DNA of 64,000 nucleotides from an uncultured Ignavibacteria bacterium (GTDB lineage Bacteria; Zixibacteria; MSB-5A5; JAABVY01): NCBI GenBank assembly GCA_964496505.1, contig CAZBZV010000004.1, positions 5,811 to 69,810 of the forward strand, read 5' to 3'. Shown piece by piece: positions 47,122 to 56,286 of this stretch (position 1 is its first letter; each line of letters starts with the position of its first letter). The notes under the pieces were generated by a model. It saw only the letters and a program-made list of their open reading frames with translations, ran no database searches and was not told where the DNA came from. The position numbers and the translations under genes were made by a program.

Positions 47122-47432
47122 GATGCAGCCTCCTTTTCTGGAATGGCCAGCTTTCTAATATCAGAGTAGCAGACACCTACTTTCTCACGTTCGAATTGCT
47201 GGCCGCCTGCGCATGTGGCGATTATGGTTATCCCTTCATCATACATGTCCAGAATTTCTTTGGCTTTTTCAGGCGGCACACCTCTTAACGCACCGCCTAT
47301 GATATTGCCCTTGTTGTCGCCTAAAGCGAGAGCCGTAAAACATCTACGATTACAAAATTTGCAGTATGGTCCCATCAATACACCTCCTTCAATTCCCCGG
47401 CCTCCGTATCCAGGACAATCTTTTGTTCGCAC
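47118..47432 (-). CDS. Hypothetical Cys-rich protein
   Basis: Contains the motifs CPGYGG and CKFCNRRC. Confidence 0.3.
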   Translation of the reverse strand: MRTKDCPGYGGRGIEGGVLMGPYCKFCNRRCFTALALGDNKGNIIGGALRGVPPEKAKEILDMYDEGITIIATCAGGQQFEREKVGVCYSDIRKLAIPEKEAAS

Positions 47433-50400
47433 CTGTCGGCCAGCTCTTTCCGATGTGTGACTAATAGCAGTTTCTCCAGGCCTCCCAGCTCCATGCGCTT
47501 CTGGAGCATCGCAAATAATGCCGAGGCCCGGAAGTCCCGGAGGGCGCCATCACATTCATCTACCATCGCGAATTTGGGATTGAAGTCTGCCAGCTGTGCG
47601 CGGTAGAGCGATATCGCGGCTTGCATGGCTACGATAAACGGGACCTTCTGGCCGCCTGAGAGCAGCTTGATCGGCCGTTCTCCGGATTCATCAATAACTA
47701 TGATATCGAAGGTCTCGATCTGGCCCTTGCCGTCGGCTTTATCCTTCAGAGTATCGAATTTGATCTGCCATCCCGAACCGAACTCGGAGAGCAGGTCGTT
47801 GGCGTATTCGGATATCTGAGGAAGGGCGTTCTCGAGTAATAAAGCCGGAATGCCGTTGCGGCTGAAAGCGGTCTGGAGGATGGAGTAATCAGAATAGTCG
47901 CGCTTCTTTCCGGCGAGACCCGCTCCCATTTCCTCAGTCTTTTTCTTCAGCTCATCCAGCTCCTTGAGCTTGGCTTCGGCCGCAGCTTTTTGTTTTTCGG
48001 CCTGGAGGATTTGAGCGTCAGCGTTGGCAATATGATCTTTCAGTGATTTAATCTTGATATTGCAGTTCCGAATCTGTTCATCGATTTCGGAATCAATTTC
48101 CTCTTTAACAATATCTCGCTTCGTTGTTAGCTCGTCGATCGCCCTGGCAAACTCCGGCATAGCCTTATCGTATTCGGCCTGCTGTTCGGACAGGGTCTTC
48201 TCTGCCTCCTCGAGCTGTGGTTTCAATTCAGTTAAGGTCGCTTCGGCAACATCAAGCCTACTCTTTTCAGCGATCCAGTCTTTATTATTGGCCTCGGAAG
48301 GAATTCCGGAGAGTTGTTCCAATAAAGAATCGCGCTCGGTTATGAGAGGCTTTTTCTTATTCTCTATTTCAGCAATCCCTTTATCTCTTTGCTCAATAGC
48401 GAATATCATGTCGCAATTGTGGTGATCGATAATGCCCTTGGTATCCGGAATCTTTTCATCGGCCTCGATCGCATTGGCAATCAGAGGACATTCCTGGCAT
48501 TTCTCGACCGCCCATTGAAGGGCGATGATATCGCCTGGCTTATCCTCGTAGTTATCGAAATTCTGACAGGGCACATCCTTCAGCTTTAGAGCCAAATCTT
48601 TCTGTGTTTTAAGCGATTCCTCAGCATGGGCCTTCTCGATTTTGGACTGGTTAAAATCAGTCTGCCATTTCTGCTTAACTGATCTCGCTTCGGTTTCAAG
48701 AGCCGTCAGCCGGGTCTCAAGTTCCTCAATCTGTTTGCGAACCTTCTCCGCTCGCTCCTGATTTGCGGCCATCTCCAGAATCTTATCCTTTTGGTCAATC
48801 AGCTTCTGATTCTCCGCAATACGGCCTTTAAATGATTTGATCTTGGCTTCATGCTTCGGCTTCCACGATTCGAATTTGGATTTGGTGGTCAGTTGGTTTG
48901 AGGAAACCTCCTCAAGACGCTGTTTGATTTCCTCGAGTTGTTTCTTTGAAGATTCCTGAGTGGCCGCCTTTTTCTCGAGCTCCTTTAGTTTGGTATTGGC
49001 CTGCTCGAGTTCCCTGTTGTATCTGTCTTTGCTCGCCGTGTATTCAACTATAATCTGGCCATGCCTCCCAAGAGAATCCTCGACCACGTCCCTTTCCATA
49101 AGAGTCTTCTCATTCTCTTCGATCTTCGATTCATCGATCTTGATCTCGGACTGAATCTGATTCGCAAATTCCTTGGCCTTATCAGCAATTGCCTGGAATT
49201 CATCGAAGCCCAGCATCTGATAGAACATATCTTTGAGCTCGGCATTGGATTTGTCGATAAGCCCGCTTGTGCCCTGCACCTGGTAGGTAGCCTGCTGGAA
49301 CAATTCCGGGGATCCAAACAGAGCCATGACTATCTTTTTGTAAGAAGGTTTCTTCCCATCATTCAGGGCCTGCCAGTCCTCGCCATTGCGCTGATAAGCG
49401 TAATATTCAGCCCGTTCTCTGACAGCATCGATCTTCAGCAGGAACATGTATTCCTTGCCGTCAATCTCGACTGTCAGCTCGCGGCAGGAATCCTCCAGCC
49501 GGAAATGATTCGCCAGCTTGGCGTTCCAGCCGTTGACGCCGTCGTAATAGAATGACCACGGATACGGATGCAGGTTATCAAGAGTGGTGGTTTTTCCGGC
49601 ACCGTTGTCACCATCGAACAGAATCATATCGCCGTTAAAATTATCGAAGTTGATCTTTATTTCGTCCGTCCACTGGATGCCCTTGGAGCCGCGCAGTCTC
49701 AGGGATTTCAAGCGGATAGTTCCCCGGGCCTGCGTTTCGGCCTTCTCATCCAACAGAACTGAGGTCTCGATCTCGTTCAGTTTTTCGATTATAGGATTGG
49801 TCAGCTCGGTATCGGTAGTCTCAGCCCATGCTTTCAAACGATCTTCATTTGATGTTGATTCCGATATGGCCTCGCACCTCTGTCTGGTTTGGGGCTTTAT
49901 GATCTTCTCAAATTTGACGGAGTTGGGAGTAAGCTCATTCCACTCAAGCCACTTCTCGATGTGATCCTCATTGACCATGTCCTTGGCTTCAGGAGGAATA
50001 TGCAGTCTGATTCTCGTATCGGCCTGGTTGCAGGCATTAGGATCGAAGTCGGGAACGCCAACAGGTTCTCCGGTTTCCTTGTCGATAAAACGGAAGGGCT
50101 GATTGTCACTATCTTCCGGATAATATATCAGGTCGACATCGACCATGGCCGGAAACGGCGTCGGAATCCGCTCCAGCTCCAAAATCTCATTGGCATTGAC
50201 CTCGGCATAAAGAATTGAATGCTGATCCTTCTCCCCCCAATTGTGCGGGAACGGGCTTCCGGAATAGATGATATTCTCGCCGATCTGCTGAGGTTTGTGA
50301 ATATGACCGAGGCAGTTTATCACTGCCCCGGCTTCCTCGATGTCGGCGGAAGATATAATGATATCACCGCCTGTCATAATTTGACCGGTTGGGGTCTCGG

Positions 50401-50992
50401 AGCCATATACCGTAAAGTGCCCGAGGAGGATCGGTATTATCCCGGCATCCTTGGCTTTCATCTTTTCGAATTCAGCCCTAAATCCCATCAAAAGGCTCCG
50501 GACCAAACCGGCCGCTTCTACGTCTGCCTGATCGGGAGGTAAATCTATGCCGCGCTCTTTAGCCCAACTCATGATTCCGGATTTGGTCAGGCCCGGAACC
50601 GGAAACATTACAAGAGATTTATTCTCGCTTGCCTTCGATCCGAAATACATCTGGAATGGATTGGGTCTATCGAGAACGAAAATATTGTGGTATGAAGTAT
50701 GTACGGATTTGAAAATGTCTAATGAGCCCGGCCTGTCATGTGAAGGCGTGCCCGGAATCATATAAACATCATGAAAATTACTGAGCCTCTGGATATGCTT
50801 TATTACTGCATAAAGCGGGCTGGCCTCGTTGACGGCCACCTCGCCATCCCAGATATCGCCCGGAATAACAATAATATCCGGTTCCTTATCCAGGGCCACT
50901 TGGTAAAGATGTTCAAAGAACTTCTCTACCTTATCGATATTATCCTTCCTGGCATGGATATCTGCTGTATGTAATAGCTTTAATTTATGCAT
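47375..50992 (-). CDS. Single-chain SbcD-SbcC (Mre11-Rad50-like) nuclease-ATPase fusion
   Basis: N-terminal calcineurin-like phosphoesterase motifs LLHTADIHAR, PGDIWDG and LGHIH. Walker A FDGDNGAGKTT at ~aa 470. Long coiled coil with a CQECP zinc hook. C-terminal ABC signature LSGGQK and Walker B MVDECD, plus the H-loop VTHR. Start set at MHKLKL (50992), which has a GAGGAGG RBS 7 nt upstream. Confidence 0.75.
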   Translation of the reverse strand: MHKLKLLHTADIHARKDNIDKVEKFFEHLYQVALDKEPDIIVIPGDIWDGEVAVNEASPLYAVIKHIQRLSNFHDVYMIPGTPSHDRPGSLDIFKSVHTSYHNIFVLDRPNPFQMYFGSKASENKSLVMFPVPGLTKSGIMSWAKERGIDLPPDQADVEAAGLVRSLLMGFRAEFEKMKAKDAGIIPILLGHFTVYGSETPTGQIMTGGDIIISSADIEEAGAVINCLGHIHKPQQIGENIIYSGSPFPHNWGEKDQHSILYAEVNANEILELERIPTPFPAMVDVDLIYYPEDSDNQPFRFIDKETGEPVGVPDFDPNACNQADTRIRLHIPPEAKDMVNEDHIEKWLEWNELTPNSVKFEKIIKPQTRQRCEAISESTSNEDRLKAWAETTDTELTNPIIEKLNEIETSVLLDEKAETQARGTIRLKSLRLRGSKGIQWTDEIKINFDNFNGDMILFDGDNGAGKTTTLDNLHPYPWSFYYDGVNGWNAKLANHFRLEDSCRELTVEIDGKEYMFLLKIDAVRERAEYYAYQRNGEDWQALNDGKKPSYKKIVMALFGSPELFQQATYQVQGTSGLIDKSNAELKDMFYQMLGFDEFQAIADKAKEFANQIQSEIKIDESKIEENEKTLMERDVVEDSLGRHGQIIVEYTASKDRYNRELEQANTKLKELEKKAATQESSKKQLEEIKQRLEEVSSNQLTTKSKFESWKPKHEAKIKSFKGRIAENQKLIDQKDKILEMAANQERAEKVRKQIEELETRLTALETEARSVKQKWQTDFNQSKIEKAHAEESLKTQKDLALKLKDVPCQNFDNYEDKPGDIIALQWAVEKCQECPLIANAIEADEKIPDTKGIIDHHNCDMIFAIEQRDKGIAEIENKKKPLITERDSLLEQLSGIPSEANNKDWIAEKSRLDVAEATLTELKPQLEEAEKTLSEQQAEYDKAMPEFARAIDELTTKRDIVKEEIDSEIDEQIRNCNIKIKSLKDHIANADAQILQAEKQKAAAEAKLKELDELKKKTEEMGAGLAGKKRDYSDYSILQTAFSRNGIPALLLENALPQISEYANDLLSEFGSGWQIKFDTLKDKADGKGQIETFDIIVIDESGERPIKLLSGGQKVPFIVAMQAAISLYRAQLADFNPKFAMVDECDGALRDFRASALFAMLQKRMELGGLEKLLLVTHRKELADRCEQKIVLDTEAGELKEVY

Positions 50993-51965
50993 GTTTGGCC
51001 TCCTCGTTTCTGAGGTGCTGGAGGAAACCATTGAGGTTGGGCTCGCTCATTTCATCGAGCGGCTGGGGCGGCTTTTTGTCGAGCTTCTGGCAGAGGGTCA
51101 CGATATCAGCCTTGATTTCTTGAAGGCCTGCGCTGCCCCTTGATTTTGATGTCCTGGGCTTTTCGGTGTTAGTTTTCGCAGTAGGCTTTGGTCTGGCCGG
51201 TGGCTCATCCTCAATAGTATAGTCGGCCTCAACCGCGCCTCCATTGTCCTGTCCTCCATAAAGCAGCATTCTGGGCTGAACCGCTGCCTGAAGCAATAGC
51301 TGTTGCACCCTGGGATCGTTATAATCCATATCCAGCTGAAGGGAGATACCCACAAATAGTTTGCCGTGGATTTCATCCGGATGGTAAGAGGCCTGGATGT
51401 TGAATTCTTTTCTGACTGCCCGGGCCTGAGCTCCGGTTACAGCCTGCTCAACTCCATGCGTCATTTTGGTCTGAATATTGCCCTCGGTCATTTTTGTATT
51501 CTGTTTTAATACCGTGAAGTCGATAGTTTTTGAGTCGCTTATGAACTTTCTACTTCCGGTATAATCTGCGTACTGACCAACCGCTTTAGCGTATACAGAG
51601 AGCAGCTCATTATTCTTGCCCCTCTCCCTGCTGAAATCCGGCGGAAACCAGGACACGCCGTTTATCTGGCCGATCTCAATTACGGTCACAGATTTTAGCG
51701 ATACCCGTCCGGTCGCCTTGGGAGTTGGATAAACATCTTTGTTTCCAGCTTTTTTTTCATAATCGCCTACAAGCCTCGCGTTTACCTTGCGAAAGCCTAT
51801 CTTGAGCTTATGTCCGGCTGGAATTTCATTGATGATCTTATTTGACACGGCAAGGATATACTTATCCTTGGGAAACCATTTATCGAGATTGATAACTTCG
51901 CCTGGCTCAAGATCATCCGGCTTGATTGCCGATGGAATTTGGTCTGGAACTTTTTTACTTGACAT
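50985..51965 (-). CDS. Hypothetical protein; possible ssDNA-binding/annealing partner of the SbcDC-like nuclease
   Basis: Position only: it lies directly upstream of the recombination nuclease and has a low-complexity P/K-rich C-terminal region. Confidence 0.25.
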   Translation of the reverse strand: MSSKKVPDQIPSAIKPDDLEPGEVINLDKWFPKDKYILAVSNKIINEIPAGHKLKIGFRKVNARLVGDYEKKAGNKDVYPTPKATGRVSLKSVTVIEIGQINGVSWFPPDFSRERGKNNELLSVYAKAVGQYADYTGSRKFISDSKTIDFTVLKQNTKMTEGNIQTKMTHGVEQAVTGAQARAVRKEFNIQASYHPDEIHGKLFVGISLQLDMDYNDPRVQQLLLQAAVQPRMLLYGGQDNGGAVEADYTIEDEPPARPKPTAKTNTEKPRTSKSRGSAGLQEIKADIVTLCQKLDKKPPQPLDEMSEPNLNGFLQHLRNEEAKHA

Positions 51966-52001
51966 CGCAGTTCACCTCACTTAATATTGATTAGTTATTT
52001 C

Positions 52002-52328
52002 CTAATTCGCCTGGCTGACTTGCTCGGCTGGGCGGTTTTTTATTTCCACATCTTTCTTCTTGTCCTGGTACGGGGGTATCTTCAAGACAGGGATTTCGCC
52101 TTTTAGAATCAGATTGCTTATCATCGCGATAAGCTCATCATTCTGATTTCGGAGCCTGGTGGTCTCCGACCTCAGTCTGAACAAATCGACCGAATACTCT
52201 TCCCAGCAGGCCGAGCGGCCTCTCTTGTACCAGGTCTTTTTTGCATGACTCCAGATCCCGATCGCGTAAAAAGCCAAAGCAGTCAGGCCGATCATTATAT
52301 GAAGCCAGTATTTACTTAAGAATTCCAT
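52002..52328 (-). CDS. Small membrane protein
   Basis: N-terminal TM segment HIMIGLTALAFYAIGIW. Confidence 0.35.
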   Translation of the reverse strand: MEFLSKYWLHIMIGLTALAFYAIGIWSHAKKTWYKRGRSACWEEYSVDLFRLRSETTRLRNQNDELIAMISNLILKGEIPVLKIPPYQDKKKDVEIKNRPAEQVSQAN

Positions 52329-52680
52329 GTCACTCCTTTCATAAATCTTGAGGCCCCACCGGCGCGCCTGCTGATCAGACAGGCGTGGTGCACCTGGGGC
52401 CTCATTCTTATCATATAGGGTTTCTTCTTATTGATTAATCTCATATTGAAGAGGCCCCGGTACAGCCAATTCCGGATTATCAGGTAGATTTCAAACATCC
52501 GGCCGAGGCCTCTCTTCACAGCTAAGGGGGCTATTACGCCTCCAGGATTATCAAAATTAACCGGCCCGCCTCGCCGAGTGTCTGACGGGCCGGAGGGAAC
52601 CACACACATACCCGGCTTTGAGAGGTGCGTTAGTCGATCTATCTTGAGAGGAGGTTTGATAGATATCTCGGTCGTGCTCT

Positions 52681-52890
52681 TCAATTTATCTTTCTCCTGT
52701 GAATTGGATCCTCGGGCACAAAACCTTTTTCTATGAAAGACTGGAGATCCTTTTCCCTCCACCTGACCGGCCCTCCCTTACCGGAAAGCCGTATCACCGG
52801 CAGTCTGCCGATCGAGGTCCATTTGCGAAGCGTATTCATCTTGATGCCGAGTATTTCGCAAACTTCATTTGCAGTTAAAAGCCTATCCAT
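52681..52890 (-). CDS. AlpA/excisionase-like HTH DNA-binding protein
   Basis: The N-terminus LLTANEVCEILGIKMNTLRKWTSIGRLPVIRL is typical of MerR-type phage excisionase/AlpA proteins. It is the first gene of the minus-strand early operon. Confidence 0.55.
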   Translation of the reverse strand: MDRLLTANEVCEILGIKMNTLRKWTSIGRLPVIRLSGKGGPVRWREKDLQSFIEKGFVPEDPIHRRKIN

Positions 52891-52936
52891 GATTAATTAT
52901 CCTTGACAAAAATGGAGCGCGGACTATTTTAAGGCA

Positions 52937-52970
52937 GAGTCCAGGGACGGATCCCCTGGACTCTTTTTTT
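52937..52970 (+). terminator. Plus-strand-oriented intrinsic terminator (agagtccaggg-acggat-ccctggactct followed by TTTTTTT)
   Basis: A perfect 11-bp stem with the T-run on the plus strand only. No plus-strand ORF lies upstream of it. Confidence 0.5.
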
Positions 52971-53055
52971 GTGTTCAACATCCCCGCTATTAAACAGCCA
53001 CCTAAAAGAATCAACATTAAGCTTATGGTATTTTTGCTATGTATTCTCATCTTGA

Positions 53056-53310
53056 TCATGTTCTAAGTTCAGGGTTTTTCCGGTCTTTGCAATTACATGA
53101 GTCTGACGTAATTTTGGAATCGGGATTGTCGGGTGTCATGTCTTTGTCCTGCATTGGACTAATTACCAAATTGCCGTCATCACTAACGGTCATGATTATT
53201 TTATCACCTTCATCGAGCATTAACTCATCAAGCCACCATCTTGGCACCAAAGCCGGAGTTACCTGCGTTCGATTCTTGACTTCGATTTCTTTTCTGAAGT
53301 GTTTAAGCAT
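53056..53310 (-). CDS. AbrB/MazE (SpoVT_AbrB) family DNA-binding protein; Cro-like or antitoxin-like
   Basis: Segment QVTPALVPRWWLDELMLDEGDKIIMTVSDDGNLVISP matches the swapped-hairpin pattern (vtIP..i...L....GD.i.i...dg.i.l.p). It is divergent from the XRE repressor gene. Confidence 0.5.
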   Translation of the reverse strand: MLKHFRKEIEVKNRTQVTPALVPRWWLDELMLDEGDKIIMTVSDDGNLVISPMQDKDMTPDNPDSKITSDSCNCKDRKNPELRT

Positions 53311-53454
53311 TGGAAATTCCCATATTATAATTAATTCAAATTATCTTAATCATACCCGATTATATATTATACTTAATACATTGTCAAGATGTTTTCATAA
53401 TAATTTAATTATATTTCATATATTATTTGATTTCAATCAGTTAATAAGCTTTGT

Positions 53455-53910
53455 ATGGCATTAAACATGCGAAAATCTGAGGAAAGAATCCGTTTTTTAG
53501 CTGAATTCCAAAAAAGAATTCAGGCGCTATATGATAAAGGCAAATTCAGATCATATGCCCATGCGGCTGATATTGCTCAGGAAAAGGGATTCAATCTAAA
53601 AACAGATGCTGTATCTAAGTATCTGAGCGGAACAGAACCCGGTGCATACGGTGTAGCCGCACTGGCAGCCCTATTCGAGGTATCCGCAGACTACCTCTTA
53701 ACCGGCAAAGAGCGAAAAACCGAAGATAATGAAATAAAAAAAATATTGAAACAACTGGACACAATGCGTGGCGAGGCGTATAATCTAACAGATCCCCGCT
53801 TAGAAGAGTACGCCAAAAGATTCGCGGCCCTGCCGGAAGGCCTCCGAAAGGCTGCCGAGCAACTATTGAAAGCGATGGAGGATACCGCTAAGCAAAAAGA
53901 TACTGACTAA
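53455..53910 (+). CDS. XRE-family (cI-like) repressor
   Basis: HTH segment ending SADYLLTGKE. It is divergent from the minus-strand early genes across an AT-rich ~140-nt region. Confidence 0.6.
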   Translation: MALNMRKSEERIRFLAEFQKRIQALYDKGKFRSYAHAADIAQEKGFNLKTDAVSKYLSGTEPGAYGVAALAALFEVSADYLLTGKERKTEDNEIKKILKQLDTMRGEAYNLTDPRLEEYAKRFAALPEGLRKAAEQLLKAMEDTAKQKDTD

Positions 53911-54220
53911 GAATTAATCACTGCTCCTACCAGTAGAAACCACAACTAAGGGGATTTTCATGTCGGTAATTACACGCCGCGCTCACGCGCACAACCAGCC
54001 AGACTGTGTATTAGGGTATGTTTTGTCGCTGGCCACATGCCACGACCGTTTAAAAAAAGTCTAAAAACGAGAGTCATTTTGTAAGGAAATGATTAGTCAT
54101 ATGGGAGATTTTTATGGATGAAACGGAGGTCTCGCCTGAAATGGATTTTTCTTGATAGTTGTCTGCGGGGTGGCAGAGCATGTTCTAACAATAAGAAGGG
54201 GATTTGAATAGGAGGATTAA

Positions 54221-55057
54221 ATGGAATCACATAGATTCCACGGCAAGAATGGCACATTGCTGTTAACAGAAAATGGCGCCACTGTCATTAAAAAGGAATT
54301 CGAGGAAAGCCTTGCCTACAATAAAATCAAAGCAATCGAGATAAATCGCGCCGGCCTTCTAAGTGAGGGCTTTATCTGCTTGATCCCATGGGATGGAATC
54401 GAGTATGAAGAATATACGATTTATTTCGACAGGCGCGACAACCCAACATTCGATCAAGCCAAATCTATGATAGAGATAAATATGGGAGATGCTGAAGCGG
54501 TAAAAAATATTCGAAGTCCCGGATTGGCAAGACCGGAGAAAACAGAGATAAAAAGTAACGGATGGATTGTTGGATTCATAGGATTTATTCTGTTGATGAT
54601 AGTGATCTGCAATCTCCCGTCCGATTCCAAAAAAACCGATGCTCCAAGCTATTCGCGAATTCAACAGAGTAGTACAAGCAAGGCGGTTCAATCTAAACCG
54701 GCAAAGGCTCCTCCGTATAGCATATTTGACACATATGACACAAGCCACGGTGCCGCCGCCAGAATCACATTGTATATCAGGGCGGGCGGGATTTATAATA
54801 AAGAGCAGGTGTTTTCAATAATACGAGAAGTTACGGATAAATATATCCGCAAGCACTATGATATCATCTGGCTCGAAATCGCGCCCCCGGATGCAAAATC
54901 TTCAGATTGGTTGCGAGGCCTATCCCCTGTTGCATGCAAAACAAAATGGATATCTCCGAATCTGGATCCTGAATGGCATACGACCGGGGATGGTTTCAGA
55001 GCCGAAGAAACAAGGGGCGGCATTGGAATAATTTGGAATGAAGAATATTTAAAATGA
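54221..55057 (+). CDS. Single-pass membrane protein with an N-terminal PH-like beta domain and a C-terminal alpha/beta domain; function unknown
   Basis: One central TM helix, WIVGFIGFILLMIVICNL, followed by a Ser-rich linker. The start has a GGAGGA RBS. Confidence 0.5.
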   Translation: MESHRFHGKNGTLLLTENGATVIKKEFEESLAYNKIKAIEINRAGLLSEGFICLIPWDGIEYEEYTIYFDRRDNPTFDQAKSMIEINMGDAEAVKNIRSPGLARPEKTEIKSNGWIVGFIGFILLMIVICNLPSDSKKTDAPSYSRIQQSSTSKAVQSKPAKAPPYSIFDTYDTSHGAAARITLYIRAGGIYNKEQVFSIIREVTDKYIRKHYDIIWLEIAPPDAKSSDWLRGLSPVACKTKWISPNLDPEWHTTGDGFRAEETRGGIGIIWNEEYLK

Positions 55058-55086
55058 CCTTCAGGTCATAATCATACGGGAATAAT

Positions 55087-55395
55087 ATGCTAAAATTCAT
55101 AGGACTCGAGAGCAGCCTGGTATTCGAGGTGATAACAGACATGGTCCATTTCCGTGAGCAGTTCGCCAGCTTCTTTATCCGGAAGGAAGGCAAAGACGCC
55201 AAGGAGCTGAAGGACAAGCTCCTGATGGTAATGATGTTCAGGATGATGTCGGACGGTGTGAAGGAATACAAGCATGATCCGGATCCGCTGTCACTCGAAA
55301 AGTCATATGGAATCACTCCGGCTGAAATCCGGAATCTGTGGTTCGAGTGGGAGGCGGTGAGGTCAATTAAAAGGATTGAATATAAATCCGGATAG
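55087..55395 (+). CDS. Hypothetical small cytoplasmic protein
   Basis: ORF from the track only, co-oriented with its neighbours. Confidence 0.4.
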   Translation: MLKFIGLESSLVFEVITDMVHFREQFASFFIRKEGKDAKELKDKLLMVMMFRMMSDGVKEYKHDPDPLSLEKSYGITPAEIRNLWFEWEAVRSIKRIEYKSG

Positions 55396-55467
55396 GCGAA
55401 ATGAAGAAATGGGCCGGTAGTGCACAGAAAAACATATTCCCCATATTAGCTAATCGGGAGGGATAAT

Positions 55468-56142
55468 ATGACCGAGGAATCTAAGGCAAACGTGCCAAAA
55501 ATTAACCCGGAATTGACATATCGTACAATACGAGACGAAATTCTTGATCAAAAGCGTTGTCAATTTCAGCTTCTAAGCCTTGCGGTCACAGTGACTGCTT
55601 TAGTTTTAGCTTATGCATCGACAAAACCCTCTGAGCCCTCGATTTATATTGCCCCAGTACTTATGAATGTTGTGGCAATTATAATAATTTTCGACAAGGC
55701 CGTCTCTTTTCAACGAAAAGTTGGCTACCTACAAATTATGGAAGAGAGCCTTGGTGAGGGTGTTTGGAAGTGGGAGAGCAACCTGGATAACTTTAGAAAG
55801 GTAGATCCGAAGAATAGCGATGATGGTAAGAAGTCGAAACATGATGAAACAAAGGAAACTGATCCCCCACGTAAGCAGTCATATATAACCACAGTTGGCA
55901 CTTTATTAGTGGCTCTGAATTGTATATGTGGTTATTTATTTAGTAGCGAGGTGAATTGGTGGTATCCATCCACAGTGTATACAGTCCAATGGGTTAATAC
56001 CGCCATAATAGCTGTTCTATTAATCTATGGCATTGGGACTTTTATGAGAAAAAGACACCATCTCATTAAGGGGCAACATTCGGGTCCTCAAATACGAAAA
56101 ATATGGGAGAGCGTCCTTGAAAAAAGTAGCTTCTGTGAGTAG
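55468..56142 (+). CDS. Four-TM membrane protein; function unknown
   Basis: Four hydrophobic helices (LLSLAVTVTALVLAYA, VLMNVVAIIIIF, TVGTLLVALNCICGYLF and AIIAVLLIYGIGTF). RBS GGGAGGGA. Confidence 0.5.
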   Translation: MTEESKANVPKINPELTYRTIRDEILDQKRCQFQLLSLAVTVTALVLAYASTKPSEPSIYIAPVLMNVVAIIIIFDKAVSFQRKVGYLQIMEESLGEGVWKWESNLDNFRKVDPKNSDDGKKSKHDETKETDPPRKQSYITTVGTLLVALNCICGYLFSSEVNWWYPSTVYTVQWVNTAIIAVLLIYGIGTFMRKRHHLIKGQHSGPQIRKIWESVLEKSSFCE

Positions 56143-56286
56143 ATAAAAAGATGGTGAACTTTTCTCTGCTCCCCCGAGCAGTGTCCTGGAGAACAATAAG
56201 GATGGGTAAGCTTTAGGAGGAACGAAAATACATGAAATGATTATAAACATAAGGGGCGCCAATTATAACCATGGAGGGAGTTTGAA

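Noticed and set aside
52316-52762. 148-aa minus-strand ORF across the GC-rich block
   Set aside because: It overlaps the excisionase-like gene, has an Arg/Gly/Pro-rich composition typical of a GC-rich noncoding frame, and shows no coupling signals. I treat the region as noncoding or structured RNA.
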